IMG/VR virus record: IMGVR_UViG_3300024346_006382
From: an uncultured virus (IMG/VR IMGVR_UViG_3300024346_006382)
Lineage: Duplodnaviria; Heunggongvirae; Uroviricota; Caudoviricetes
Reading direction: 5' to 3' (one strand)
DNA length: 64,000 nucleotides
Below the pieces are notes generated by a model. It was not told the origin of the DNA, did no database searches, and saw only the letters and a program-made list of their open reading frames with translations. A program made the translations under genes and the position numbers. This document shows, one piece after another, positions 35,499 to 47,500 of this stretch; within the stretch, counting starts at the first letter, position 1, and every line of letters starts with the position of its first letter.

Positions 35499-38400
35499 TT
35501 ATCCTCCAAATATTAATGAATAGCCTACTGCGGCTGCCGCTGATGTTCCGCCTCCGCTTCCAGAGGTTAAATTGATTGTTGTTACTTCTATATAACTGCC
35601 ATTTGCAGGAGCACTACTAAATGTAATGTTAGCATTAGCTAATGTGTAATCAGTACGCAATACTGTAGCACCGTTATAGTTAACACTAGTTTGATTTATG
35701 CCAATTGGCGTAGTACTTAAAGTAAATACTGTTTGTACACCGTTTCCAGTGAAGTTATCAACAGTTACGTTTGCCGCATTACCACCACTTTGTGCTACCC
35801 AATCTAAATTACCTGCACCATCTGTGGTTAATACGTAATTAGCAGTACCGCCGGTTATTTTAACATTACCCACGTTACCTAAACTAATATTAGCTCCGGT
35901 AAATGTTACATTTCCCGTTGTGTTTAATGTACCGAAAATATTAGCACCTGTACCAGTAATAGTTACAATATTAGCATTACCAACAGCACTCATAGTGATG
36001 TTGCCATTTGCAGTAGCAATACTTACATTACTATTGCCATTACTGATGTTACTTGATGCACCACCTGCTACTGTAGACCAACTTAAATTACCTGCACCAT
36101 CTGTTTGTAGATATTGACCATTACTGCCGCCTGCTATATGTAGGTTAGCTACTGTGCCTAATGTAACATTTGCTCCGCTGAAAGCAACATTACCTGTACC
36201 AGTTAACAATCCACCTATCTCTGTATTACCACTTACCTTAGCTCTACCTGTGACTTCAAATTCAACACTAGGCGTTTGTGTTTTAACGCCAACACCACCT
36301 GAAGCAACAAGATTAATACTATCTTGTCCACTAGCACCAATGAGATTGTTACCTACTCCAATTTCAAATACAGTTTGATAAAAATTACCATAATGATAAT
36401 AACGAATAGATGCGTTAGCGTCTGCGGCCGCACCACCCGGTAAAGGAAAAGCAATACCTTTAGTAGCATCATTTCCATTACTGCTACTAACTGTAAGTAA
36501 TCCATCTATATTTGCACTAGCACTAGTATGAATACTATCAGTTGAATCAAATGTACCAGTAACGTTTACACCGGTACCAGTAACAACTATAACATTTGCA
36601 TTTCCAACTGCACTAATATTAACATTACCGTTAGCACTTGGAATATTGATATTACTGTTACCGTTTGATAAGCTTGATGTAGTGATACCAGTTAACAAAC
36701 TACCATTACCACTGAAGAAGTTAGCTGTGACTAAGTTACCCAAGTTAGCGTTACCTGCAGTGATATTACCAGATGCAACAAATGTATTAGCTGATATAAC
36801 ATTGACATTACCAATGTTACCACCACTACCAGTTGTAGTAATATTACCAGCAGTGATATTACCACTAGCAATAAGTGTGTTAGCACTGATAACATTAGCA
36901 TTGGTAATGTTACCACCAGAACCAGATGTAACTAAGTTACCTAAGCTAGCATTACCCGTAGCATTTAATGTACCGGCTATATTAACGCCAGTGCCTGTTA
37001 CAATTAATATATTAGCATTGCCAACAGCACTGATGTTTACATTGCCATTAGCACTCGGGATGTTTACATTACTATTGCCATTTGATAATCCTGCAGTAGT
37101 GATACCGGTTAGATATATACCATTACCTGTAAAGAAATTAGCTGATACGTTATTACCTAAGTTAGCATTACCGGATGTTATATTACCTGTTACTGCTAAA
37201 CTACTTAATGTACCAACACTAGTTATGTTTGGTTGTGCTGCCGTTGTTACTGTACCGGCTGTAGTTGCACTTGTAGCACTATTAGCTGTACCATAGAAGT
37301 TACCAGTGAAGTAATTAGCTGTTACACTATTACCAAGATTAGCATTACCGGCTGTGATATTACCACTTGCAGTGAATGTATTTGCACTAATGACGTTGGC
37401 ATTACTAATATTACCACCACTACCACTAGTTACGATGTTGCCTGCAGTTACGTTACCACTAGCTACAAAAGTATTAGCACTAATGACATTGACGTTACTG
37501 ATATTACCACCACTACCACTACTGAATAGATTACCAACTGTAGTATTACCTGTAGCATTTAACGTACCGGCTACGTTAACACCAGTACCAGTTATTACCA
37601 TAATAGTATTACCAACTGCTGTTAAGTTGATATTGCCATTTGCAGTAGGGATATTTACATTACTATTACCATTACTGATATTACTTGATGAACCACCGGC
37701 TACAGTAGACCAGGTTAATGTTCCTGTTCCATCTGTCTGTAGATATTGTCCGTTACTGCCACCAGTGATTTTTACATTAGCTACTGGTCCTAAGCTTACA
37801 TTACTTGCACCTGTTAAGTTAACAGTACCTGTACTAGTTAAACCAGATAATGTACCAACACTTGTTATATTTGGCTGTGCCGCAGTTGTTACTGTACCAG
37901 CTGTAGTTGCACTTGTAGCACTATTAGCTGTTCCATAGAAGTTACCAATGAAGTAATTAGCAGTAGTTGCATTACCTAAATTAGCGTTGCCAGCAGTGAT
38001 GTTACCACTGGCTATGAATGTGTTTGCTGATATAACATTGGCATTACCAATATTACCACCTGAGCCAGTTGTATTGATATTATTTGCTGAAATATTACCA
38101 CTAGCAATGAATGTATTAGCTGAGATTACATTAACGTTACTTACGTTACCACCTGAACCAGATGTAACGATATTACCAACTGTTGCATTACCAGTTACAT
38201 TTAATGTCCCTGCTACATTAACGCCAGTGCCTGTTACAATTAAAATGTTTGCATTACCTGCACTACTTAGTGTAATATTACCATTTGCAACTACCGATAC
38301 GTTACTATTGCCATTTACGATTGAGTTACCTGCGCTTACAGTGATGCCAGTTAGTAAACTGCCGTTACCTGTAAAGAAGTTAGCTGTAACTAAATTACCA

Positions 38401-39338
38401 AGATTAGCATTTCCTGATGTGATATTACCCGTTACTGCTAAACTAGTTAGTGTGCCGGTACTTGTTATATTAGGCTGTGCATTAGTTGTTACTGTACCGG
38501 CTGTAGTTGCAGAGTTAGCTGTTCCATAGAAGTTACCAGTGAAGTAATTAGCAGTTACACTATTACCAAGATTAGCATTGCCGGCTGTTATATTGCCAGA
38601 AGCAGTGAATGTGTTAGCTGAGATGACATTAGCATTACCAATATTACCACCAGACCCAGTTGTAGTGATATTATTTGCTGATATATTACCAGACGCAATA
38701 AAAGTATTTGCTGAAACAACATTGATGTTAGATAATGTGCCACCACTACCTGATGTAACCAAGTTACCAACAGTAGTATTACCACTTACATTTAGTGTAC
38801 CGGCTACATTAACACCCGTACCAGTTACTACCATTGTTGTGTTACCAACTGCTGTTAGATTGATATTGCCGTTACTAGTTGGGATATTTACATTACTATT
38901 GCCATTGCTGATATTACTTGTTGATCCAGAACTAACAGTAGCCCAAGTTAGTGTACCTGTTCCATCTGTTTGTAGATATTGACCATTAGATCCACCTGTG
39001 ATACGTACATTACCAACAGCGCCTAGAGTAGTATTACTTGTATTAGCAAAGTTAACTATTCCGTTGCTTGTTAGTCCGGTTAGTGTACCAACACTAGTGA
39101 TGTTTGGTTGACTAGCTGTATATACTGTTCCTGATACTAGAGCATTAGCTACTTGTCCAGAGATGTTACCAGCTGGTAGATTAGTTAGATTTGCGCCAGA
39201 TCCACTGAAGAAATTAGCTATTGCTAGATTACCTAGATTAGCGTTTAATGAAGATAGGTTACCCGTAGCCGTTACGTTATTGAACGTAAAGTCACCTGTT
39301 GTGTCTATAATGTACGGTTCTATCTTTATTAAAGCCAT
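35499..39338 (-). CDS. Fibre-like virion protein (1279 aa)
   Basis: Same repeat modules; VDNFTGNGVQTVFTL...ITFSSAP..G..IEV domain; hydrophobic tail AAAAVGYSLIFGG. Confidence 0.8.
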   Translation of the reverse strand: MALIKIEPYIIDTTGDFTFNNVTATGNLSSLNANLGNLAIANFFSGSGANLTNLPAGNISGQVANALVSGTVYTASQPNITSVGTLTGLTSNGIVNFANTSNTTLGAVGNVRITGGSNGQYLQTDGTGTLTWATVSSGSTSNISNGNSNVNIPTSNGNINLTAVGNTTMVVTGTGVNVAGTLNVSGNTTVGNLVTSGSGGTLSNINVVSANTFIASGNISANNITTTGSGGNIGNANVISANTFTASGNITAGNANLGNSVTANYFTGNFYGTANSATTAGTVTTNAQPNITSTGTLTSLAVTGNITSGNANLGNLVTANFFTGNGSLLTGITVSAGNSIVNGNSNVSVVANGNITLSSAGNANILIVTGTGVNVAGTLNVTGNATVGNIVTSGSGGNVSNVNVISANTFIASGNISANNINTTGSGGNIGNANVISANTFIASGNITAGNANLGNATTANYFIGNFYGTANSATSATTAGTVTTAAQPNITSVGTLSGLTSTGTVNLTGASNVSLGPVANVKITGGSNGQYLQTDGTGTLTWSTVAGGSSSNISNGNSNVNIPTANGNINLTAVGNTIMVITGTGVNVAGTLNATGNTTVGNLFSSGSGGNISNVNVISANTFVASGNVTAGNIVTSGSGGNISNANVISANTFTASGNITAGNANLGNSVTANYFTGNFYGTANSATSATTAGTVTTAAQPNITSVGTLSSLAVTGNITSGNANLGNNVSANFFTGNGIYLTGITTAGLSNGNSNVNIPSANGNVNISAVGNANILIVTGTGVNIAGTLNATGNASLGNLVTSGSGGNITNANVISANTLIASGNITAGNITTTGSGGNIGNVNVISANTFVASGNITAGNANLGNLVTANFFSGNGSLLTGITTSSLSNGNSNINIPSANGNVNISAVGNANVIVVTGTGVNVTGTFDSTDSIHTSASANIDGLLTVSSSNGNDATKGIAFPLPGGAAADANASIRYYHYGNFYQTVFEIGVGNNLIGASGQDSINLVASGGVGVKTQTPSVEFEVTGRAKVSGNTEIGGLLTGTGNVAFSGANVTLGTVANLHIAGGSNGQYLQTDGAGNLSWSTVAGGASSNISNGNSNVSIATANGNITMSAVGNANIVTITGTGANIFGTLNTTGNVTFTGANISLGNVGNVKITGGTANYVLTTDGAGNLDWVAQSGGNAANVTVDNFTGNGVQTVFTLSTTPIGINQTSVNYNGATVLRTDYTLANANITFSSAPANGSYIEVTTINLTSGSGGGTSAAAAVGYSLIFGG

Positions 39339-39357
39339 TTTTTATCCTGTTATACTA

Positions 39358-39365
39358 TATTTAGT
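39358..39365 (-). promoter_or_regulatory. Late-promoter-like ACTAAATA
   Basis: Intergenic, upstream of the 1279-aa fibre gene; same motif at 48998-49005 and 1523-1530. Confidence 0.55.
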
Positions 39366-39372
39366 CTTTTTA

Positions 39373-42300
39373 TTAATAGATCGGGAATGCAGTTGTTGGT
39401 GCAGTAAAGTTACTTGTATAACGTGCATAACCTTTTGTGATGCGTAGATCGTCTATGTAGCCGTTCCAATTACCGAAGCCACCACCAACGTCTGAACCGA
39501 CATATAATGCACCTGTTGATGCGGTAGCAGGGCATGAATTAGAATTTGTTACTGTTGATCCATTCTGAACCCCATTTCTAAATAATTTGAATGTGTTACC
39601 TGACCTTGTAACAGCAACGTGATACCAGGTGCCTGCGCTCCAACCACTACTGCCGGCTCCCGGAACATCAATTATCACCGAATTACTAGAATTGAGTGAC
39701 AGAAATCTTAAATACGGTGCGCTTTGTGACGTCCTAGTGTCAATAAACAAAATCCACCTCTGTGCAGAGGAACTTGTACCAAAAGAAACAATTTGTTTAT
39801 AATCGTCAATCGGTAACGAGTTTATATATATCCAGCCTTCAATAGTAAAATCACTAGTTCCAAAATCAAAATTTAGGTATTGAGGGGCCATCAGATAATC
39901 TCCGGTACCATCAAACGCCATACTACTTCCGCCAAACTTATTTACTGCTGTACTTAGTTTTGCATCACCAACAGTTTCCAAGTTGTTCATCATTGCGGCA
40001 TCGTAGATACCAGCACTGGTGTAGTTTAATAGAAGGTTTGTGTTTGCAATTGCTGTTATTGGTGCAGTAGGAGGCATGAAATTCGCTGTGTAAATAGAAG
40101 AATTTACAAATCTTGTATCGCTAATGTATCCATAAAAGGGTGAGCCTGCACTTGTTTCGGCGCCTATTTGACGACCAGAAACAGAATAATTAATAGAGTT
40201 TGAGCCAGTTGAGCCAACTTGAACACCATTTACAAAAAATTGCAAACTAGTTCCGCTTCTGTTAACGATAATGTGATACCACTGATTATTGACCCAAGTG
40301 TATGAAACCTCGTTATCAACTGCAATAAAAGTTCTACCAATACCAAGTTTATTTGCGCCATTAACATTCATTCCAACAAAAAACCCGCCATTTGATGCAT
40401 TTGCAAGAATCATTTGCTGTACGCTTGAATTTGTAGGGTAAATCCACGTTTCAAAGCAAAAAGAACCACTACCAATGGCACCCGCGCTTGGTATATTCAA
40501 ATTGTCTCCACTACCATCAAAGTAACCACTACCGCCGATTGTACTAACCGTATAGCCATTTGTAGTTGCACTTGTAAATCCGAATGGATTTTGTATTGTT
40601 GGTTGACTATTACCAAATGCAGATATAGTAAAGTTGTTTGTACTGTTATCTATAAATGTACTTGATTGTAATGTTAATAAACTTGTGCCACTTATTGCAG
40701 TTAATGGTGTTGTACTTGGTGTAAAGTTTGAGGTGTAAACTGCGGCTCCTTTTACTGCACGTACATTTGACATGTATCCTGTCACATATTCATATGCCGA
40801 GCCCGATCCTCCAATATACATATCATCACTTGATCCGCCATCCAGCGCAGCCGATGAAGTAACAGTACTGCCCTCTTGAACACCATTTATGAACATTCTC
40901 CAACTGGTGCCACTTCGGGTGATGGCAACATGTGTCCAGGTGTTTAAAACAGCACTTGACGTAGAGGTAAACATGGGGACACCACTGTTATAGTTGTTGA
41001 CCCAGAATGTGTATTTCTCGTTTGATGTTCCGTGGTCGCTGTGCAATGACCAAGCATTAGCAGCCCAGCTGGTATTATTACCTAATGGTCTACTGTCACT
41101 GCTACCAAATGCTGTAGTATAAATCCAAAATTCTAAACAGAAATCCCCTGAACCAAAAGCAAGTGCCGCATTATTTGGAGCCGTTAAATAATCTCCATTA
41201 CCATCAAAATAACCACTATAACTTGTTGGGGTTACTATTGATGGATTGAATGGACTGAAACGCTGTACACTTGTATCACCAACTTTTGTAATAGTAAAGT
41301 TGTTTATGCTGTTATCAATCAAACGATTAGATTGACAGGTTAATAAAACTGTATTTGTAATCGCTGTTAATGGTGTAGTGCTTGGTGTAAAGTTACTTGT
41401 ATAGACTGCTGTACCTTTAACCATTCGTAGGTTAGAGATAAAGCCGTTAAAATAATAGTCATATCCAGCACTATAACGATTGGCTCCAATCCCAAGTATT
41501 TGATCTGTCATACTTGTAGGCATACTTACATTTGCATTTGTAGCAACCGATGAACCATTGAGATAAATTGTTACGGCTGTGCCATTTCTAACAACTGTTA
41601 CGTTAGTGAATACATTTGATGAAATTGTTCCTCCTGAAACTTCAACGCTGTTACCCCCAATTCTTCTTTTAAAAGTTGGAACACCGGATACTACCGTCAA
41701 GTCCCAAAAATCTGTTGCACTTAAATTATTATAGCCCACAATCATTTGTGTACCGGTTGTATTATTCATATATACCCAGCACTCTATAGTCCAACTTGTG
41801 TTCCCAACATCTAAAATACTAGACGCCGGTGTTGTCAAATAATCCCCAGTACCATCAAAATAATTACTCCAGTTACCACCATAAGGACTAAATGTACCTT
41901 GAGTAGTATTACCGTTGCGAGTTACAAAAAAGTTATTTGTACTGTTATCTAAGAATACATTATTGTTTACTGATTGATTGTTTTGTAATGTTAATAAACT
42001 TGTATTTGCTATTGCTGTTAGTGGACTTACGGGAGGAGTAAAGGCCGCAGTATATACCACACTAGAAACTATTCTAAAGTTACTAACATATCCTAAGGCT
42101 GTGTAAGTAGCCTCTGATACTGACAAATCTGTAGTACCGGAATATGCAAAACTATTGGTATTGGATAATTGCCCATTGACATATATTTTAGTGGTTGTCC
42201 CGTCCCAAGTTACAGCAAAATGGTTCCAAGTGTTTATGGTCCATCCAATAGATCCAACTGCGGCGCTGCCACTGCCACTATTATAAAATTCAAGTTGTGT

Positions 42301-44166
42301 ACCATATTGATATAATCTACCTGCAGTTGCATAACCACTGCCACTAGAATAAACTGCACGATAACTTGCACTTGCTGATGTAGGATAATACCATCCTTCA
42401 ATTGTAAAACTACCACTGGCTCGAACCACAGCCCCCGACCCAGAACAGGTGAGATAATCCCCAGTACCATCAAAGTATCCACTACCATATGTACTATAGC
42501 TAATGTTTGGCACGAACGGGTCAAATGAACTTATCTGAGGTGATCCGGCAACTGTTAAAGCAAAATTATTTGTACTGTTATCTAGAAATCTATTAGATTG
42601 ACAGGTTAATAAACTTGTGTTTGCTATTGCAGTTAGTGGTGTAGTGCTTGGTGTAAAGTTTGCGGTATACACTGCGCTGCCCTTTACTACTCTAGTATTT
42701 GAAATATATCCTTGAAAAAAGAAATAACCTGCATCATAACAACCAATATATAATAACTGAGTCCCAATGTTATAACTACCCGATGCAGTTGCTTCCGATA
42801 CACCATTGATAAAAAGATTCCATGATGTGCCACTGCGAGTCACTGCAATGTGATACCACTGTCCAATAGCAAGTTGAGTGGTGCTGACCATCAACGGAGC
42901 ACCACTATTATAACTCCAGGACGCTACATAGATTTTATTAGCATATCCGGAGACGTTGTGCCAAATAGCAAATGAGCTTCCAGCACCAGAACCAGCCCAA
43001 TTAGTTTGAATAAATGTATTGACTGCACTATTAGAAGATACATTTAACCATCCCTCAATACAAAAATCACCTGTTCCTAACGTTAGTGCGCTTGATGATG
43101 GTAAAGTTAAGTAACTTGAACCAGTAAAGTAATTACTATAATAACCCGGTGTATATGGATTAAAACTGTTTGGCTTGGTATCACCATTAATAGTTACCGC
43201 AAAATTATTCGTACTTGCATCATCTACAAACGTTGTACTTGCACCCGGTATTAATAAGGTATTATACTCAAAGTATATATCATTAGCTACTGTAATACTC
43301 CAATTGATAGTTCTTACAGCGGTACGATTTGTTGTCGCAGCCGTAGCGGTTAGTAATGTACTACTATCAGCAACAACAGTTGGTGTACCTGCTATGTTTG
43401 AACCAGTTAATGTCAATCCAGCTGGTAGTGCATTAGCACTATAACTAACCGCATAACCAGCGGCATCAGTAGCACTTAATGCTACATTGGCTATAGCACT
43501 ATCTACTGCACTTGTATATGTTGTATTATTTGCTGGGCTAACCCAAGTAACAGCATCAACATTGATTGTTAAACTAAAACTTCTTGTACTATCTTGTAGT
43601 TGTGCATCAGTTGCTTGTATCGTAAATGAATATGTTGTACTACTACTATCAACTGGAGCTGTACCAGTTATGACACCATTAGCATATAATGTAGAACCAG
43701 TTGGTAATGAACCAGAAAATAATGAATAAGTTATTGGGGCATCACCACTAGCAACAACAGTATTGGATATACTTGTTGTCTCATAGTAACTACCTAATGT
43801 ACCAGCACTTGTTGTCCATGTTGGTAACACGCTATAGATAATACCAGGTATAAATATTGCGGTACCACCATCTGGGTTTACTACATAGATTGTATATGTG
43901 CCTGCACTTTTTGCAGGACTAGTGAATGTTAATTGATTTGCATTAACATAAGTTACCACTGCTACAGCACTACCATCAAATGTAATAGTTGCGCCAGCTA
44001 AAAAACCAGTACCGTTTATCTGTACAGTTTGTCCACCGGCTGGATCTAATGCTGTATCATCCAACCCACCAACACTATATCCAGAGATAGTTGGCGGTAA
44101 AGGTTTGAGAGCATTAATTACACTCTCACTGGTTACTGTATCATTTACAACTGAGGTTATACTCAT
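39373..44166 (-). CDS. IPT/Ig-like plus multiple LamG/concanavalin A-like domain protein, putative receptor-binding protein (1597 aa)
   Basis: N-terminal IPT/TIG- and Ig-like segments, then six repeats of YFDG.GDYL..FTIE.W...W.H.AVTRSG...F.NG...GYISN.R. Confidence 0.82.
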   Translation of the reverse strand: MSITSVVNDTVTSESVINALKPLPPTISGYSVGGLDDTALDPAGGQTVQINGTGFLAGATITFDGSAVAVVTYVNANQLTFTSPAKSAGTYTIYVVNPDGGTAIFIPGIIYSVLPTWTTSAGTLGSYYETTSISNTVVASGDAPITYSLFSGSLPTGSTLYANGVITGTAPVDSSSTTYSFTIQATDAQLQDSTRSFSLTINVDAVTWVSPANNTTYTSAVDSAIANVALSATDAAGYAVSYSANALPAGLTLTGSNIAGTPTVVADSSTLLTATAATTNRTAVRTINWSITVANDIYFEYNTLLIPGASTTFVDDASTNNFAVTINGDTKPNSFNPYTPGYYSNYFTGSSYLTLPSSSALTLGTGDFCIEGWLNVSSNSAVNTFIQTNWAGSGAGSSFAIWHNVSGYANKIYVASWSYNSGAPLMVSTTQLAIGQWYHIAVTRSGTSWNLFINGVSEATASGSYNIGTQLLYIGCYDAGYFFFQGYISNTRVVKGSAVYTANFTPSTTPLTAIANTSLLTCQSNRFLDNSTNNFALTVAGSPQISSFDPFVPNISYSTYGSGYFDGTGDYLTCSGSGAVVRASGSFTIEGWYYPTSASASYRAVYSSGSGYATAGRLYQYGTQLEFYNSGSGSAAVGSIGWTINTWNHFAVTWDGTTTKIYVNGQLSNTNSFAYSGTTDLSVSEATYTALGYVSNFRIVSSVVYTAAFTPPVSPLTAIANTSLLTLQNNQSVNNNVFLDNSTNNFFVTRNGNTTQGTFSPYGGNWSNYFDGTGDYLTTPASSILDVGNTSWTIECWVYMNNTTGTQMIVGYNNLSATDFWDLTVVSGVPTFKRRIGGNSVEVSGGTISSNVFTNVTVVRNGTAVTIYLNGSSVATNANVSMPTSMTDQILGIGANRYSAGYDYYFNGFISNLRMVKGTAVYTSNFTPSTTPLTAITNTVLLTCQSNRLIDNSINNFTITKVGDTSVQRFSPFNPSIVTPTSYSGYFDGNGDYLTAPNNAALAFGSGDFCLEFWIYTTAFGSSDSRPLGNNTSWAANAWSLHSDHGTSNEKYTFWVNNYNSGVPMFTSTSSAVLNTWTHVAITRSGTSWRMFINGVQEGSTVTSSAALDGGSSDDMYIGGSGSAYEYVTGYMSNVRAVKGAAVYTSNFTPSTTPLTAISGTSLLTLQSSTFIDNSTNNFTISAFGNSQPTIQNPFGFTSATTNGYTVSTIGGSGYFDGSGDNLNIPSAGAIGSGSFCFETWIYPTNSSVQQMILANASNGGFFVGMNVNGANKLGIGRTFIAVDNEVSYTWVNNQWYHIIVNRSGTSLQFFVNGVQVGSTGSNSINYSVSGRQIGAETSAGSPFYGYISDTRFVNSSIYTANFMPPTAPITAIANTNLLLNYTSAGIYDAAMMNNLETVGDAKLSTAVNKFGGSSMAFDGTGDYLMAPQYLNFDFGTSDFTIEGWIYINSLPIDDYKQIVSFGTSSSAQRWILFIDTRTSQSAPYLRFLSLNSSNSVIIDVPGAGSSGWSAGTWYHVAVTRSGNTFKLFRNGVQNGSTVTNSNSCPATASTGALYVGSDVGGGFGNWNGYIDDLRITKGYARYTSNFTAPTTAFPIY

Positions 44167-44492
44167 GTTAACTCTGATCCAAATAAGTTAAAACTAACTG
44201 TTGTTGTGTTAGCTCTTACTGTAACAACATCAGTAGTTGCTAATGTAATACCAATAGTCATTGTAATACTATCATTGGCATTTAAATTAGTATCATATGA
44301 TATATATTGCGGGGTTGATATTGACGCACCAGCTGGTCTTACTGCAATACGAAATGTTGCGGCACTTGCTGCCTGATTACATATTACCATTGTACTACAT
44401 ACTGCTGAAGTAGATGCTGGTACTGTATACAAATCTGTATTTGTATTTGCTGATGGGTTACTTTGCCCTAAAACTTTATATGTGATTGCCAT
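44163..44492 (-). CDS. Small beta-rich virion protein (putative fibre-tip adaptor)
   Basis: MAITYKVLGQ..P...TDLYTVP..CN..FRIA..FNLFGSE; sits between a fibre gene and a LamG gene. Confidence 0.7.
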   Translation of the reverse strand: MAITYKVLGQSNPSANTNTDLYTVPASTSAVCSTMVICNQAASAATFRIAVRPAGASISTPQYISYDTNLNANDSITMTIGITLATTDVVTVRANTTTVSFNLFGSELT

Positions 44493-44501
44493 GTTATTTC
44501 C

Positions 44502-47500
44502 TTATGCTCCCATTAACAAGAATGGGCTTAATAAATCTTGCGCTGTTATTCCTCCGCCACCTCCACCGCTACCTCCAGTAGTAAATGTTGTTACTTCAAT
44601 TGGTGCTGTGTTTGGTGGTGCAGAACTAAATGTGATTACGTTCCCCGCTACTGAATATACAGTTCTTGGTTGGAATGTACCAGCAATACTAACTAATGTA
44701 GCGTTTGCATTTGCCGGTGTAGTTGCTAATGTATACGATGTTTCAACACCGTTACCAGTGAAGTTATCTACTCCAATACTTGTGCCTAATTGTGCTACCC
44801 AACTTAAATTACCTGAACCATCTGTACTTAATACATATGCGTTTGTTCCACCGGTAACGTGTAGATTACCAACTGCACCTAATGATACATTAGCACCACT
44901 TAGTGCCACGTTACCTGTTATATTTGCTGTTCCATTAATGTTAGCACCAGTACCAGTAATAGTCATTACATTAGCAGTACCAACTGCACTGAATGTGATA
45001 TTACCATTTGCAGTAGCAATACTTACATTACTATTGCCGTTACTGATATTAGATATGCCGCCACCGGCTGATTGTGCAACCCAACTTAGATTGCCTGCAC
45101 CGTCTGTTTGTAATACATATGCGTTTGTACCACCAGTGATTTTTAGATTACCAACTGCACCCAATGATACATTAGATGCATTTGTAAAGTTTACTATTCC
45201 GTTACTGGTTAATCCAGTTAATGTACCAACACTAGTTAAACTACTAGTAACAACTGATGCATTAAGAGTAGTACCCGTTAAGTTAGCGGCATTAGCTGTT
45301 ATTGCTACGTTAGCGGCTGCAGTTAATTGTCCTTGACCGTTTACTGTAAATGTTGCTACGCTATCTCCGTTACCATAACTACCACTAGTTACTGCGGTAT
45401 TGCTTATACTAAATGTAGTGCCAGTTAATGTTAATCCAGTGCCAGCAGTGTATGTACCTGCACCACTAAATTGTGTAAATTCTATGTTATTACCTGCTGT
45501 ACCAATAGCAGATACTGTACTTGTTTGTACCCAACCTGTGTTGTCGTATAGTGTACCACCTGTTACAAATACAAAGTCACCAGCTTCTACTTCTGGTACA
45601 CTATTATAATCAGTAGCACGTGTAATAACTGTTGCGTTGCTCCAAGTATATATACCATTATGAACAGCATTTGCCTCGTTCTTAACTAAAATACGTGTAC
45701 CTGATGTTTGTACATTTACTCCGTCAATTAAGTTAAATGATCCGGTAGTTACTAAATTTGCACCAACACCACTAGCACCATTATTATAAGTGATTGTTCC
45801 ACTAGTGATACTTGCTAATGTAGTTGATGTTGCTGCCGCTGCCGCATCATGTATATTCAACCCTTGTGCAACATCGTCAACATATTGTTTTGTTGCGGCA
45901 TCTGTACTTGCAACTGGTGTAGCTAAACTAGTGATGTTAAAACTATTTAAATTAACATTAGCACCAAATGATCCTGCACCTGATACAACTAAACTAGTTA
46001 ATGTTCCAACTGAAGTTATGTTTGGTTGTGCTGCCGTATATACTGTACCAGATACTAAACTGTTACCTACTTGCCCAGATACATTAGCACCTGCTACCGC
46101 ATTGGCTGTAGTTGCAAATGTAGCTAAATTAGCTGTGCCATAGAAGTTACCAGTGAAGTAATTAGCAGTTACACTATTACCTAAAGTAGCGTTACCGGCT
46201 GTTATATTGCCAGATGCGATGAATGTGTTAGCTGAGATGACATTAGCATTACCAATGTTGCCACCGGAGCCAGTAGTATTGATGTTGTTTGCAGTGATAT
46301 TACCTGATGCAATGAATGTATTTGCACTGATGACATTAACATTACTAATATTACCACCAGATCCACTAGTTGATAAATTAGCAACGGTTGTGTTACCAGT
46401 TACATTTAATGTACCATTGACGTTTGCACCAGTTCCGGTAACAACGATAATATTAGCATTACCTGCACTACTTAATGTAATATTGCCATTAGCAACTACT
46501 GATACATTACTGTTCCCATTTACGATTGAGTTACCAGCACTTACTGTTATACCAGTTAACAAACTACCATTACCACTAAAGAAGTTAGCAGTTACTAAGT
46601 TACCAAGATTAGCATTACCACTAGTAATATTACCTGTTACCGCAAGTGAACTTAATGTACCAACACTTGTTATATTTGGTTGTGCATTAGTTGTTAATAC
46701 ACCACCAAAGAAGTTAGCAGTAACACTATTACCTAAGTTAGCACTAAGAGTAGCATTTACTATGTTAGCTGAAATGACATTAGCACCAGTGATGTTACCA
46801 CCTGTACCGCCACCAGTAGTGATATTACCAACTGATAGATTACCCGATACATTTGCGTATCCAGTAATATTTGCACCAGTTCCTGTGATAATTAGTATAT
46901 TGGCATTGCCAGCACTACTGATATTAACATTGCCGTTTGCGGCTGGAATATTTACGTTACTATTGCCGTTACTTATGTTACTACCACTTGCGCCTGCTGC
47001 CCAAGATAAGTTACCTGCACCATCTGTTTGTAGTACATAGTTAGCTGTACCACCAGTGATTTTTAGATTACCAACTGCACCCAATGATACGTTAGCACCA
47101 CTTAGTGCTACGTTACCAGAAACTGTTAAATTAACTAATGTTCCTGTACTAGTGATGTTTGGCTGTGCGTTAGTATATACTGTACCAGCTATTAAACTGT
47201 TAGCTACTTGACCAGAGATATTACCAGCTGGTAAGCTTGTTAGATTAGCACCACTTCCAATAAAGAAATTAGCTGTAACACTGTTACCTAAATTAGCACT
47301 GATAGTAGCTGTTACTATGTTAGCAGAGATTACGTTTGCGCCAGTGATGTTACCACCTGCTCCGGCACCAGTAGTGATATTACCTGCTGTAATATTACCG
47401 GATGCAATAAACGTATTACCTGAAATGACATTAGCATTACTGATGTTACCACCACTACCTGATGATATTAGATTACTTACAGTTGTGTTACCAGTTACAT

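Larger units (their letters stand above)
31438..47102. repeat. 75-nt exact repeat shared between two fibre genes (31438-31512 = 47028-47102)
   Basis: Compared by eye. Confidence 0.85.

Noticed and set aside
35498..35509. ORF-track start MEDN for the 35126 gene
   Set aside because: The ATG at 35497 has a GGAGG SD at normal spacing and avoids overlap with the upstream fibre gene.
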